IMG/VR virus record: IMGVR_UViG_3300031992_000007
Coordinates: 64,001 to 128,000 of that record
Strand: one strand, 5' to 3'
Source: a virus
Taxonomy: Duplodnaviria; Caudoviricetes
Length of the DNA stretch: 64,000 nt
Both the position numbers and the translations under genes were made by a program. Below are positions 21,117-30,843 of this stretch, in pieces. Position 1 is the first letter of the stretch; each line of letters opens with the position of its first letter. The notes beneath the pieces are model-generated. The model made no database searches. It was not told the origin of the DNA and saw nothing but the letters and a program-made list of their open reading frames with translations.

Positions 21117-21490
21117 TTGGTTTCCTTTCCGTTTAGAGTTTAATGGTTTAGACATTGGTGTAATATATGCTTGTCTAGATACCATTAACACTCCACAGCG
21201 GAGCAAAATATAGAACAGCACTCACCCAGGTACGGCCGACCTAGCCGTACCCGAGTAAGTGATGCCTTCTTTTGGTTAGAAAGAAATTCTCATGAGGCGA
21301 CAGTAGAACTGACGATGGTGTTGAATCGGTAGTTGTTCGCATAACACCCTAGACTAGCCATCATCAGAGGCCGTTCTACTGGAACTAACCCAAGTCAGAT
21401 AAACACGGCAAATTACCTTGCTTGAGCGAGCCTCGTTTTCATATAATATGTGCTGTGGTATTTGTATTTTAATACTCAAAAGGAGTTAAA

Positions 21491-22021
21491 ATGGCTAACA
21501 GTAGCGAATTGGATCAAGCTTTCAAAGAACTGGAAGAAGACTTTGGATTTTCCAAAGAAGCGCGCCGTGAAGTAATTCGCAACCTTCGTTCTCAGGCAGC
21601 GAGTGTCAAGATCAGCGAGTATGATAAGGCCACTACCATCATGGCCAAGATGTCTATCGTCAAGACATTCGATGACCTTCTCAAGAGCGATAGCGACTTG
21701 ACTCTGCAGAAGCTAAAGATGAAGCTTGCTCGCAAAGACTCTGAGACCAACGGGCTAGTAGGTCAGACAATTGCTTCTATGCTCAAGAGCATTCGTGTCA
21801 GTGATACTCTCAATGCACAGGCTAAGGTTGATCCTACAGAAGGTGCGATGGATGCTATCAAGCAAAGAGCTGAAGAACTCCTCAAGTCTGGAGACAAGAA
21901 AACAGCTAAAGCTCTTACTGTCACGGAAGGTGAAACAACTGACTGTGGTGGTGCTGGTCCAACGACATCTACTCCAGTCGCTAAGCTCAAACCTCTCAAG
22001 ATGGAAACTGAAGAAGAATAA
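21491..22021 (+). CDS. hypothetical protein
   Basis: 176 aa, RBS AAGGAG; terminator hairpin at about 22033-22062. Confidence 0.8.
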   Translation: MANSSELDQAFKELEEDFGFSKEARREVIRNLRSQAASVKISEYDKATTIMAKMSIVKTFDDLLKSDSDLTLQKLKMKLARKDSETNGLVGQTIASMLKSIRVSDTLNAQAKVDPTEGAMDAIKQRAEELLKSGDKKTAKALTVTEGETTDCGGAGPTTSTPVAKLKPLKMETEEE

Positions 22022-22079
22022 AAAGAGAACTCAGCTTACGGCCCCGATGAGGGCCGTAAGCTAGGGATTATTTTTCGAG

Positions 22080-22913
22080 TTACTTACGCTTCTGAGCGAG
22101 ACGTTTCTCGATACCGACACGAAGGTTCTCGATAGCTGTCATGACAGCAGGACTGTCAATGATCTTAGCGAGACGATCGTTCATGAACGCGATGTGGTCG
22201 GATGCACCGGTAGCAGCCTCTACCAACTGGATCATTGCTCCAGTGAAGATATCCATCTTGTCGATCACCGCCGGGTTACCGAGAGAGTAGTCAAGACGGA
22301 AAATAGAACTGTCCGTATAGATCTTGCCCCAACCTTCCATCAACTCGTTGAAGAAGATCATGACCAGATCCTTGCCGACCTGAGTGTTCTTGAGCTTGTA
22401 CGGACAAGTCTGCTGAACAATAGCTGCCAACATCTTGGCACGCTTGGAGTGTTCATACCTATCCGTAGTCTTGACCGACATAGCTGTCTTGTATTCCTTG
22501 AACATCTCAAGGAGTTTGAGACCAGCCGGAGTGTGGAGTTGTGCTTGACTCATAACGCATCTTTGCATGGGAGAAATCTTCGTCGGAAGAAGATCCTCAG
22601 CCATCACCTTTCTTGCTGGGAGTTTGATCTGTTTGATTTCGATCGCAGAAGGCGTCGGACCATCGGGAGGTGCACTAGGCTGCTCCTCAACAGCAGGAAC
22701 TTCCTCCGCAGGAGCTTCCGCTTCTTTAGCAGGAGTGGTTTCCTCTTTGTTTTCCATCGCCTGAGCGAACACATCTTCCAGAGAGGTCTCTTCACCCTCG
22801 ACAGGGGAAGTCTCTTCCGGTTCAGTCACAGTTCCAGTGTCGGGTTGAGATGGAGTCATCACGACACCCGGAGCATTTTGTCTGTTCTTGTTACGGTTCT
22901 TGTTCTTACTCAT
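22080..22913 (-). CDS. hypothetical (possibly virion) protein with P/E-rich N-terminus
   Basis: Start MSKNKN; directly downstream of the RNAP beta' gene. Confidence 0.7.
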   Translation of the reverse strand: MSKNKNRNKNRQNAPGVVMTPSQPDTGTVTEPEETSPVEGEETSLEDVFAQAMENKEETTPAKEAEAPAEEVPAVEEQPSAPPDGPTPSAIEIKQIKLPARKVMAEDLLPTKISPMQRCVMSQAQLHTPAGLKLLEMFKEYKTAMSVKTTDRYEHSKRAKMLAAIVQQTCPYKLKNTQVGKDLVMIFFNELMEGWGKIYTDSSIFRLDYSLGNPAVIDKMDIFTGAMIQLVEAATGASDHIAFMNDRLAKIIDSPAVMTAIENLRVGIEKRLAQKRK

Positions 22914-22951
22914 TTCAACCTCGTCTTTCTGGAATTGCAACCATAAAGATA

Positions 22952-24382
22952 TCACAGAAAAATATCTTCCAGTTTAGGTTGCACTACCTGGAGTACAGTT
23001 CCATGCATGGACTTCATAGCAGTCTGCATGAACTTGGATGTGATGTTGACTACCTGTACGCCGATGATGTTGCCATAGAATTCCTTGGTCTTGAGACCAC
23101 AGCACTTAAAGCACAGGTCACCCTTGCATTGACAAGTCAACGGTGAATACATGTCAACGACTTTGCCATCGTATTTCGCCATGTTGTCTTCTGTTATAAC
23201 AATGTCAGAAGAACCTACACGAATAGTCCGACCAATAAAGTCTTTGATGCGACACTGCTTAGCGAAGTCAACCTTGATGGTCTTCTTCGTACCACAGTCA
23301 TCAATACTGACAGTAAGATCCTGGAACACACGGACAACGAGTTTAGTTTCTGCACCGCCTTTAGCGGTTTCCATACCACGGTCGTACGATCCCTTACGAG
23401 TTTCGTTAGCACGGGAAGGAAGATCCTTGATAGTCCAGCCTTCATCCAGGGAGTTGGCGATGAAGTCATACTTGCCAGTAGACTCATCGAACGCCGGAAC
23501 ACCACCTGTCGTGAGAAGAAGTTTCTTACGATGCAGATTGTAGGACTTCTTACCAAGACCATCGAAGAACAGAACAGAAGCATCCTCGTGATCAGTTCCC
23601 TGACCAAGCCACTCCTTGTCCAGTTTGATCAGTTCATCCTCAAGCTGTTTAACAACAAGTGGATCTGTCATCTGGTCCTTGTGTTCTGCGATGAACTTCT
23701 TCTTGAACTCCTTCACCTTGGGGTTGGTGACCAAAGACCTTTCAGTAAGCGAAGGAACAGAGATCTCCGTGATGTGGTTCAGGAAGAAGAAATTATTGTC
23801 GAACGACTCATACTCGTCAACCGTGATCTTCTTGTTGATCAGAAGGTTGGTCATCCTGTCGATCATCGTCGCAGGAGTCATCATCTCGTTGTAGTACGGG
23901 AGGGACTTGAAGTTGGTCGGGTATTGGAAACAGAACATGTTTTCCAACCACCTTCCCAAAGTCGTTGCGTACAGAGGCATCCCGTCTTTGTCCTTCAGAG
24001 GACCAGACTTGATGCTGTCTGTCATCGGGTTAACCCCAAGGTACTCCTTGAATAACGCGGGGTTAAAGGCCAACACATCGAATCTGTGGAAGATGGGGTT
24101 CTTACCGTCACTGAGTACTGCAACCTGGACTACTCCAGATTTGTTCTCCAAGACGATACCAACATGATGTTCGCCAACTCCGATAACAATGCCTTCTTTA
24201 ATCTCGGTCAAGTTACCTGTATGGTCTTCAACAGTCGACCCTACCTTGGGGTTCTCTGCCTCAACTTTGACATCAAATCCGTTCGTAACAGTGCAGGCAT
24301 CAAGCAACCAAGCCCTCGTCATGAGAGCTCTGCTTCTCGTCGCTGCCAAAATAGCCCTGACCTGTAGATCATTGAGCAACAT
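22952..24382 (-). CDS. virion RNA polymerase beta' C-terminal subunit (phiKZ gp80-like)
   Basis: RKGSYDRGMETAKGG bridge helix, DDCGT, SPLTC...CFKCCG zinc site, MKSMHG trigger loop. Confidence 0.88.
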   Translation of the reverse strand: MLLNDLQVRAILAATRSRALMTRAWLLDACTVTNGFDVKVEAENPKVGSTVEDHTGNLTEIKEGIVIGVGEHHVGIVLENKSGVVQVAVLSDGKNPIFHRFDVLAFNPALFKEYLGVNPMTDSIKSGPLKDKDGMPLYATTLGRWLENMFCFQYPTNFKSLPYYNEMMTPATMIDRMTNLLINKKITVDEYESFDNNFFFLNHITEISVPSLTERSLVTNPKVKEFKKKFIAEHKDQMTDPLVVKQLEDELIKLDKEWLGQGTDHEDASVLFFDGLGKKSYNLHRKKLLLTTGGVPAFDESTGKYDFIANSLDEGWTIKDLPSRANETRKGSYDRGMETAKGGAETKLVVRVFQDLTVSIDDCGTKKTIKVDFAKQCRIKDFIGRTIRVGSSDIVITEDNMAKYDGKVVDMYSPLTCQCKGDLCFKCCGLKTKEFYGNIIGVQVVNITSKFMQTAMKSMHGTVLQVVQPKLEDIFL

Positions 24383-25466
24383 TCGTCACCCCTCCTTCCT
24401 GTTTCAGGACTATGTTTGCTAGAGCATTATCCGTCTCTTCCCGGATGAACTCATAGTTCTTCCCGAGAAGATCACGAACTTTTTCAATAGCATCGATAAC
24501 CATCGCCTTCGCTGCAGAGTTGTTGATCCCGGCATCTACGAATAGTGTGGCCACCATGATGTCAACATCAAGTTCAGTCGGGCTTTGGGAAGCACTTATC
24601 TCCGGTCGTATCCAGTGCTCAAGACAATGCGTCCAGTTCGGCGTGAACTTACTGCGGATCTCATTCAACGTCTTGTTCTGGTCGGAACTCTTGGCACATT
24701 CGATAACATACTTGGTTCTACCAAGCTCTTTCTCGAAGTCAACCATCGCCCCACTAACAACCTGCTTCCTGTAAGCACTCATGTCCGCCATACTCTCCGT
24801 AGACGGCGCACTCTTGATAACGACACTGTACATCGTGGAAGCGATCTCTTCGATCATCCTCTTCCGACCGCCGAGATAAGCAACGAATTTGGTAGCTGCT
24901 TCCTGGTAGTCCTCCTCAACAGGATCAGGAGGCCCCATCCGATCGATCCTCTCGATCGTCCCAGTAACCCCCTCTACGAACGCCTCACTGCTAACCACTA
25001 TTCCGGGACGATCTTCCATCGTCCGTCCGATGTATTCCCAACCTTCGTCAAGAGGACACGCTCTGTTGCAAGCAAGAACAACCTGCTCTACGCAGTCAGT
25101 GTCCTCGCTGACGAACTCTCCGATCTCTTCCCTGAGCTCCTCACGATCCCTGAGGAAGTTATACAGTCTGTCCCAGTCGAATTTAGAGCGAAGGGTTAGC
25201 GCAAGGTGGACGAGGACAGGGTCAACACAGATCTGCGCTCGGTCAGCCTGGATGCTAACACCCCTGTCCTCGAGCTCTTCAACGATCTTGACGATCAGTC
25301 GGTTACGCAGCCACTGAGGGTCTACAACCAACTGATCTTCGACTTCCGTCAGGTACCGCTGCGTAACGACGTACTCCTCGATCTCGGCTGAGAGCTCTCG
25401 AGCTTTTGCGATGATCTCAGCCGAGTAAGTATCATCGACCGATAGATTCTCTTGAACCGAATTCAT
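24369..25466 (-). CDS. hypothetical protein
   Basis: 365 aa, RBS AAGGAG, overlaps the start of the beta' gene. Confidence 0.75.
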   Translation of the reverse strand: MNSVQENLSVDDTYSAEIIAKARELSAEIEEYVVTQRYLTEVEDQLVVDPQWLRNRLIVKIVEELEDRGVSIQADRAQICVDPVLVHLALTLRSKFDWDRLYNFLRDREELREEIGEFVSEDTDCVEQVVLACNRACPLDEGWEYIGRTMEDRPGIVVSSEAFVEGVTGTIERIDRMGPPDPVEEDYQEAATKFVAYLGGRKRMIEEIASTMYSVVIKSAPSTESMADMSAYRKQVVSGAMVDFEKELGRTKYVIECAKSSDQNKTLNEIRSKFTPNWTHCLEHWIRPEISASQSPTELDVDIMVATLFVDAGINNSAAKAMVIDAIEKVRDLLGKNYEFIREETDNALANIVLKQEGGVTNVAQ

Positions 25467-25717
25467 GATAGTCTCCTTCGGAGAGAAGTTAAGTTTCTAA
25501 AAATCAGGTACAAAAAATAGTCTGCCAGTAGAGCTCCGCTCGTCTTTTAGAACTTAGCCCCGATCCCGTAGCTACGCTGTAAGCTATGCTAACGGATCGG
25601 GGCTTCGCCTTTCTTTCAATGATTCTTCTGCTGACGCAGAAAGTTTTGAAAAAGAAAGAAAACACACGAGCTGCCTCTGCGGCAGCTCGTTTTCGTACCT
25701 TTCTTTAAGTCTGTTAT

Positions 25718-25789
25718 GGTATGCCTTAAAGGTATGCCTTAATGGTTTGCCTTTCTTTGGTAATGAAAGCCTTAAAGGTTTGCCTTATT
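25718..25789. repeat. 13-bp tandem direct repeats GGT(A/T)TGCCTTAA(A/T) in a long AT-rich intergenic region (candidate origin)
   Basis: Copies at 25718, 25731, 25744 and 25777 plus a partial GCCTTAAA at 25769. Confidence 0.7.
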
Positions 25790-26282
25790 AGATATATAAA
25801 AATTTGGGCACATATGAATGTTACATTCCGTAAATAAAAAAATATACCTTTTCCTTCATTTTGACAGAAATTGATTTCGATACTTTTCTACACGACCATC
25901 CGCTATCATTATGAATCACAACTGGTCTTGCATTGTTGAACTTCAGATTCTTCCACTTTTCGAAATCACGTCCAACTTTCTAATAAGACCTTCACCGTAA
26001 GCTGGCACACAAAGGTTGAGCTCAAGAAAATTCCTAGTGTGGCTCAGTAAGTTAGTTCATTCGATGCTCAATAACTCGGATTCGTTTGTTCTACACCTGT
26101 CGGCCCAAGGTGACACAGGATGCAATGACCAGATCTGATGGAGTTCAAGTTCGTACGGTGATGTAGATTCTTTTGTGATTTATTTTGTTCACTCCTCACC
26201 CAGGGAGGGTGAGGAGGACATTTAACCTTTTTCTTTTTACTAAACTGACACATTGTCATAGTTTAACCCAAGGAAGACAAAC

Positions 26283-26801
26283 ATGAACGAAAATCGTGAG
26301 TTCGATGTGATCGCTGCGTCTATGCCTAGCGTTACCATCTTCAGCGATGGTTCGTTCAAGCCGCAGCTTGGTACAGGTGGATATGGGTCGATAGCTGTGT
26401 GTGGTGGATATACTCAGTTCTTCTATGGCGGTTATTACGATACCAGTAACAACGCCATGGAACTTAGTGGAGCCCTTGTTCCGATAAGGAGTTTAGTTGT
26501 CCCATGTAGAGTTCTCATTGTCTCTGACTCCCAGTACTTGGTTAATGGAATCAACAAGTGGGTTAGCAACTGGCATGCTAACAACTGGAGGAAGTCAGAT
26601 GGCCTTCTTATCCAGAACAAGGAGTTGTGGGAAGAGATGTACATGTACATGCAGACCCACCTAATCTCTGCTCAGTGGAGAAGAGGTCACACTGCAGGGA
26701 ACTTTGATAACACTATCGCAGATCAGTTCGCTTGCATAGGTGCGTACGGAGAAGCAAGAAGAGACATTCCTCCTCATCTCCTTGACATAGCCAGAGCGTA
26801 A
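26283..26801 (+). CDS. rnhA: ribonuclease HI
   Basis: FSDGS, NNAMEL, SDSQY, NKELW, W.RGH and N..AD catalytic motifs. Confidence 0.93.
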   Translation: MNENREFDVIAASMPSVTIFSDGSFKPQLGTGGYGSIAVCGGYTQFFYGGYYDTSNNAMELSGALVPIRSLVVPCRVLIVSDSQYLVNGINKWVSNWHANNWRKSDGLLIQNKELWEEMYMYMQTHLISAQWRRGHTAGNFDNTIADQFACIGAYGEARRDIPPHLLDIARA

Positions 26802-26862
26802 AAAGAAAAGATCAACCTCTCCCTGGCACAAGCCAGGGAGAGGGTCAACTCTTTATTCTTCG

Positions 26863-27417
26863 TTAAAGTGAGAGTTGGTAGTAGCAGAGGAAGATGGTCA
26901 TCCCTATCTGGATCAGGTGAAGTATCTGATCCGTACACAGGTTGATCTTTTCCTTGTTGCATTTGAGATGATCGATCACTCCATGGACCAGGATGTTCAG
27001 GAGAAGAGCGATGGAGAAAGCTTTGGCTGAGACAACGAACATCAGAGGGAAGAATGTTACAACTCCCCACATGACGCAGTGACAAGCCATGCCAGCGATG
27101 TAGTCGTGGTTGTAAGTAGGACCACTCTCTACACCTTTGACACACTGTATGTATTCGGTAAACTTCTCAGTCAGAGCAATGCGTTTATCGTTATCGGTGA
27201 TGTTGTTGATCCCTTCGAGAATATTCTGTCCGATCTTCCCGAGGTTACCGATACGACTATTGCGCTCACTGATCTGTTTGTCCCACCAGCTTTCTGTCTT
27301 GAACTTGTGAAGGTTCCCAAGGATCTGTAAGACGAAGTCTGAGAACACATGTAGTCCCAGACATATCCACAGAAGGTTGAACGGATTAGTCAGAGCATTT
27401 ATCATAGATCCTCCCAT
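26863..27417 (-). CDS. DUF3307-like membrane protein
   Basis: HVFSDFVLQ, HGVIDHLK and DQILHL motifs with TM helices. Confidence 0.75.
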   Translation of the reverse strand: MGGSMINALTNPFNLLWICLGLHVFSDFVLQILGNLHKFKTESWWDKQISERNSRIGNLGKIGQNILEGINNITDNDKRIALTEKFTEYIQCVKGVESGPTYNHDYIAGMACHCVMWGVVTFFPLMFVVSAKAFSIALLLNILVHGVIDHLKCNKEKINLCTDQILHLIQIGMTIFLCYYQLSL

Positions 27418-27781
27418 CTACGTTGATTGTGACGGTGTTTCCTAGGTTAACCTTTACATCTGAGAGAGAAATTGCCTCTAGTTCACATCCGAGTTTTGTT
27501 TTCGGATAGAATACAGCGTATAGGTCTTTGTGATCGTGCCTGATGTTCTTGTTGAACACAAGGAACGTCATCCTTCTGGATAGTGTAGCCTTAGGTGGAG
27601 CTGATTCCAGTTGGATATCGAAGTTGTTGCTGATCTCTTGATGACTATTCAGATCATCGACAAGCACATTAGCTTCTTTTAGATGGCTTCTGTGAAAACA
27701 CATAGACCATGCCTGAATAACATCGACGATCGTTGAGGCCACATTGCGGTGAGCTCTTTCGTACGTTACTTGTACTTCCAT
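27386..27781 (-). CDS. hypothetical protein
   Basis: 131 aa, RBS AAGGAGG. Confidence 0.65.
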   Translation of the reverse strand: MEVQVTYERAHRNVASTIVDVIQAWSMCFHRSHLKEANVLVDDLNSHQEISNNFDIQLESAPPKATLSRRMTFLVFNKNIRHDHKDLYAVFYPKTKLGCELEAISLSDVKVNLGNTVTINVDGRIYDKCSD

Positions 27782-27790
27782 AGTTCCTCC

Positions 27791-27934
27791 TTAAAGTAGA
27801 ACTAGGATAACTAAACCTAAGATCACCAAGAGTAAGGTGGAAGGTTCAATAATCCCAGCGATGACAAGTATGATGAAGATGACGATGAGACATCCACATC
27901 CTTCTTTGCTATCTTGATCTAGTTCCTTACTCAT
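27791..27934 (-). CDS. small membrane protein
   Basis: Start MSKELD with RBS AAGGAGG; GCGCL followed by a hydrophobic hairpin. Confidence 0.6.
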   Translation of the reverse strand: MSKELDQDSKEGCGCLIVIFIILVIAGIIEPSTLLLVILGLVILVLL

Positions 27935-27947
27935 GGTGACCTCCTTG

Positions 27948-28430
27948 TTAGTAGATCGATGTCCATCGGACGATGCTGCCGTCTGCTTCGACAACAGGCA
28001 TCATGACGGTATTGAGACCGACTACGAAATTCGCAGGTAGCTTGGATATACCCACGAGTTTGACATCATAAGGTGATCCACTGCAGACGTACACGTCATG
28101 CAAAGCAGACATGGCTTCTACAGGGAAAGGTTCACGCAAGCAAAGGATGTGAAGGGTTTCCTTCGACTCAGCATGTACGCACACCTTAGCGATGTTGAGA
28201 AAGTTCTCCGCGTGGTCTTGATCTTCATCTCCAGTGCTGACGAGATCGAACGCGACTGTAGTTACACTTGTAGTGTATTTACGGTCGGTTTCTGTCTCCC
28301 TGCGGATAGTGCGGATCATGTCCAGCACCATCTCTCTATCTTCGGGGGTGAAGGGGATTCCTTTGGGCGACCAATAAAGGATCTCTACATGAGTAGGATC
28401 CTTGTGTGTAGCAGGTTTGTTCTCGTTCAT
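27948..28430 (-). CDS. hypothetical protein
   Basis: 160 aa, RBS AAGGAG. Confidence 0.7.
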   Translation of the reverse strand: MNENKPATHKDPTHVEILYWSPKGIPFTPEDREMVLDMIRTIRRETETDRKYTTSVTTVAFDLVSTGDEDQDHAENFLNIAKVCVHAESKETLHILCLREPFPVEAMSALHDVYVCSGSPYDVKLVGISKLPANFVVGLNTVMMPVVEADGSIVRWTSIY

Positions 28431-28459
28431 TTGACACTCCTTTTATCTGAACGGATGAG

Positions 28460-28723
28460 TCACATTGACTTAAAGTTGTGAGACTTAGAACGCTTCCGTT
28501 CATATGTGAATTTGCTGTGATCGATTCTTCCAAGTGAACCTCCTGGAGGAGGAACTGGTGTAGTATCTCCAATGTGATATTCCCAGCGATGGTCTGAAGG
28601 ATTCTGACCTTTGTGCGTTTTGCACCAGCACTCCTTAGAGCATATCTTGATACCCCAGGGTTGCGAGTTCTTCTCTTCTTCGAGTGTAGGTTCGAAAGTA
28701 GAATTACAAACAGGACATTTCAT
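28460..28723 (-). CDS. small zinc-finger protein
   Basis: CPVC...CSKEC, RBS AAGGAG. Confidence 0.7.
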   Translation of the reverse strand: MKCPVCNSTFEPTLEEEKNSQPWGIKICSKECWCKTHKGQNPSDHRWEYHIGDTTPVPPPGGSLGRIDHSKFTYERKRSKSHNFKSM

Positions 28724-28802
28724 TTAGTCGCTCCTTTATGATAGACTGAAGAAGATGCTCACCCTAGGTAGCCCTAGGGTGAGTCTTGGGAAGTAAGGGA
28801 AC

Positions 28803-29780
28803 TTACTTGGTCTCGCCAGCTTCAGTTTCCTTTGCCTTGTTCTCCTTTTCACGGATGAACTTGAGCAGACCCTCTTCGAGCTCCTTGGGAAGTTCACCAG
28901 GCTTGATGATCCCAACTTTCGGAGTCTTCCTCTCGCCCTTGTACTCTGGGGTTTCCTTAAGAACAAGCTTTCCGTCCTTGACGGTATAGTTCTCTTCGAG
29001 ATCCTTGTCATTCGGGAACACTTCAGGATCTTCTGTGAGATCCATCTCGTTTATCAGACGAGCATGACGATCACTGTTGTCACGAACGAACTTTAGGTAA
29101 GCCTCAAGCTGCATCAACCCAGTACGGATGCAGTCGTGACACGGGCAGTCGCCGTACTCGATCTCATGAGCCAAGGAGCTCAGACGCTTGCCAACCAAAG
29201 CGGTGGCTGTGCGGAGAGCAACCTCCTCAGTGAGCACATAGCCCTCATCCAAGAGTTTGCGTTCTGCGTCCTTGAGAGTATCCTCTGCTTCGTTCTGATG
29301 GGTGGCCGGATCTTCGTTCATGAAGACCATAAGCGTCTTGACGGTACGCTTTGGGTGACCATTGTCATCACTGAAGACGTACATGACGCCACGAACAACT
29401 CCAACGAAGAAGGGTTTCTTTTTTGGAGAATTGATAGGCTTACCAGACAGCTCAAGGATCGGAGCGGTCTTGCCATGTTTAGTCTTTACATGACTTGCGG
29501 CTGAATCCCCTTCTGTGATGATGAGTCTGTCCTTCTTGCTGACCTGGTAGGTTGCGAACTTCTTGCCCGTGTCAGGATCAAGAGTCCTGCCAACGTACTT
29601 GACCTCGATATCCGGGTAGTTGACCAGAACGCGCTTGGCACATTCCGCGAGGGTTTTGTGTGTCTTCTTCTTGAGTTCAATGACTTCGATGATCATCGGC
29701 TGAAGTTCCTCAACACGATCGGCCAACTCTTTGGTGTAGTCGAAGGTGTAGTTTTCCTTGATTGGTTTCTTTGTTTTCAT
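28803..29780 (-). CDS. hypothetical protein containing a GyrB TOPRIM-like segment
   Basis: 325 aa; internal [10 protein letters not shown]...LELSGKPIN. Confidence 0.75.
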   Translation of the reverse strand: [325 protein letters not shown]

Positions 29781-29943
29781 TTGTTTTCTCCTTTTAGTGG
29801 TGTTTGGTTTTCATCGATTACAACTTGAATGACATTTCCATTGACCTTTATAGTGGCTTGAGCATGACCAGCGTGAGCAGCTTGTATACAAAGCGCTTCT
29901 AGTTTAGCGACTGTGCAAGGTGCAGTGATGGAGGAGAACACTT

Positions 29944-30462
29944 TCATGGCGGCGATACCTCCGAGCTGCGTGCAAGTATTGCACTTGAGTTATACCTATA
30001 ATCACGGCAACCTTTGCAGACCTGGAACTCTTCAACTGTTACAAGAACCTGCTCCCAAGGAAGCTGTTCCACGAAATGCTTCTTCATCGACTCGAATGCC
30101 TCCGTGGGAACCTCGTGTACATTCTTGAAGAACTTGAGGTTCTTAGGATCCATCGTGTAGATCCTGAAGTCATAGTTGAACTTCTTGGCGAGTTCAACCA
30201 GTTCGGCAACTGAACCTTCGCTACAACCAACCCTGCTGACAGCAAGATTGACCTTCTGCTGCATCGCTGTAGTGACCATAGCGTGCACATAGTCCCTGAC
30301 GCGACCACGAGGATCGCCTTCATTGACGTACACATACGAGCCTCCAGGCGTGATCCACACCTGATCGTTCTCTATTTGAAGCATTCCAGGGAATGCCTTT
30401 TGAACAAATGTGGTCTTGCCAGTACCAGGCAGACCACGAACAATATGGATGATGTTATTCAT
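29944..30462 (-). CDS. P-loop kinase (AAA_33 / polynucleotide kinase-like)
   Basis: Walker A RGLPGTGKTT; NVHEVP motif. Confidence 0.8.
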   Translation of the reverse strand: MNNIIHIVRGLPGTGKTTFVQKAFPGMLQIENDQVWITPGGSYVYVNEGDPRGRVRDYVHAMVTTAMQQKVNLAVSRVGCSEGSVAELVELAKKFNYDFRIYTMDPKNLKFFKNVHEVPTEAFESMKKHFVEQLPWEQVLVTVEEFQVCKGCRDYRYNSSAILARSSEVSPP

Positions 30463-30760
30463 TTGTGTCCTTTTTGGTTGGTAACCGATCTCTCGGTATA
30501 AATTGCCCATCGATGTAGACTATGTCGAACCCTAGACATAGATCTCGAATGCAGAACGCGTCTGTTGGGACTTGGAAGAACTTTGCTAATTCAACTAACT
30601 TGGTAGCTAGCTCTTCCTTGCTCTCAGAATAGTACTGAGTGATATTGATCAACTTGAAGGTCCATGCCTTATGGGCATGATAGGGCTTGAGTAGGAACCT
30701 AGCTTTTTGTGGACTGGTTACTATCATCGCTACACAATCCTTTCTTGTTAAAGAATTCAA
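30455..30760 (-). CDS. hypothetical protein
   Basis: 101-aa ORF coupled to the kinase gene; start uncertain. Confidence 0.45.
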   Translation of the reverse strand: MNSLTRKDCVAMIVTSPQKARFLLKPYHAHKAWTFKLINITQYYSESKEELATKLVELAKFFQVPTDAFCIRDLCLGFDIVYIDGQFIPRDRLPTKKDTNE

Positions 30761-30843
30761 GCTTTACATATCAGACTACACAAAAGTAATTTATAACTGA
30801 AATAGGGTCGACCCTTCTCCCATTAAGGGAGAAGGGCCTTAGT

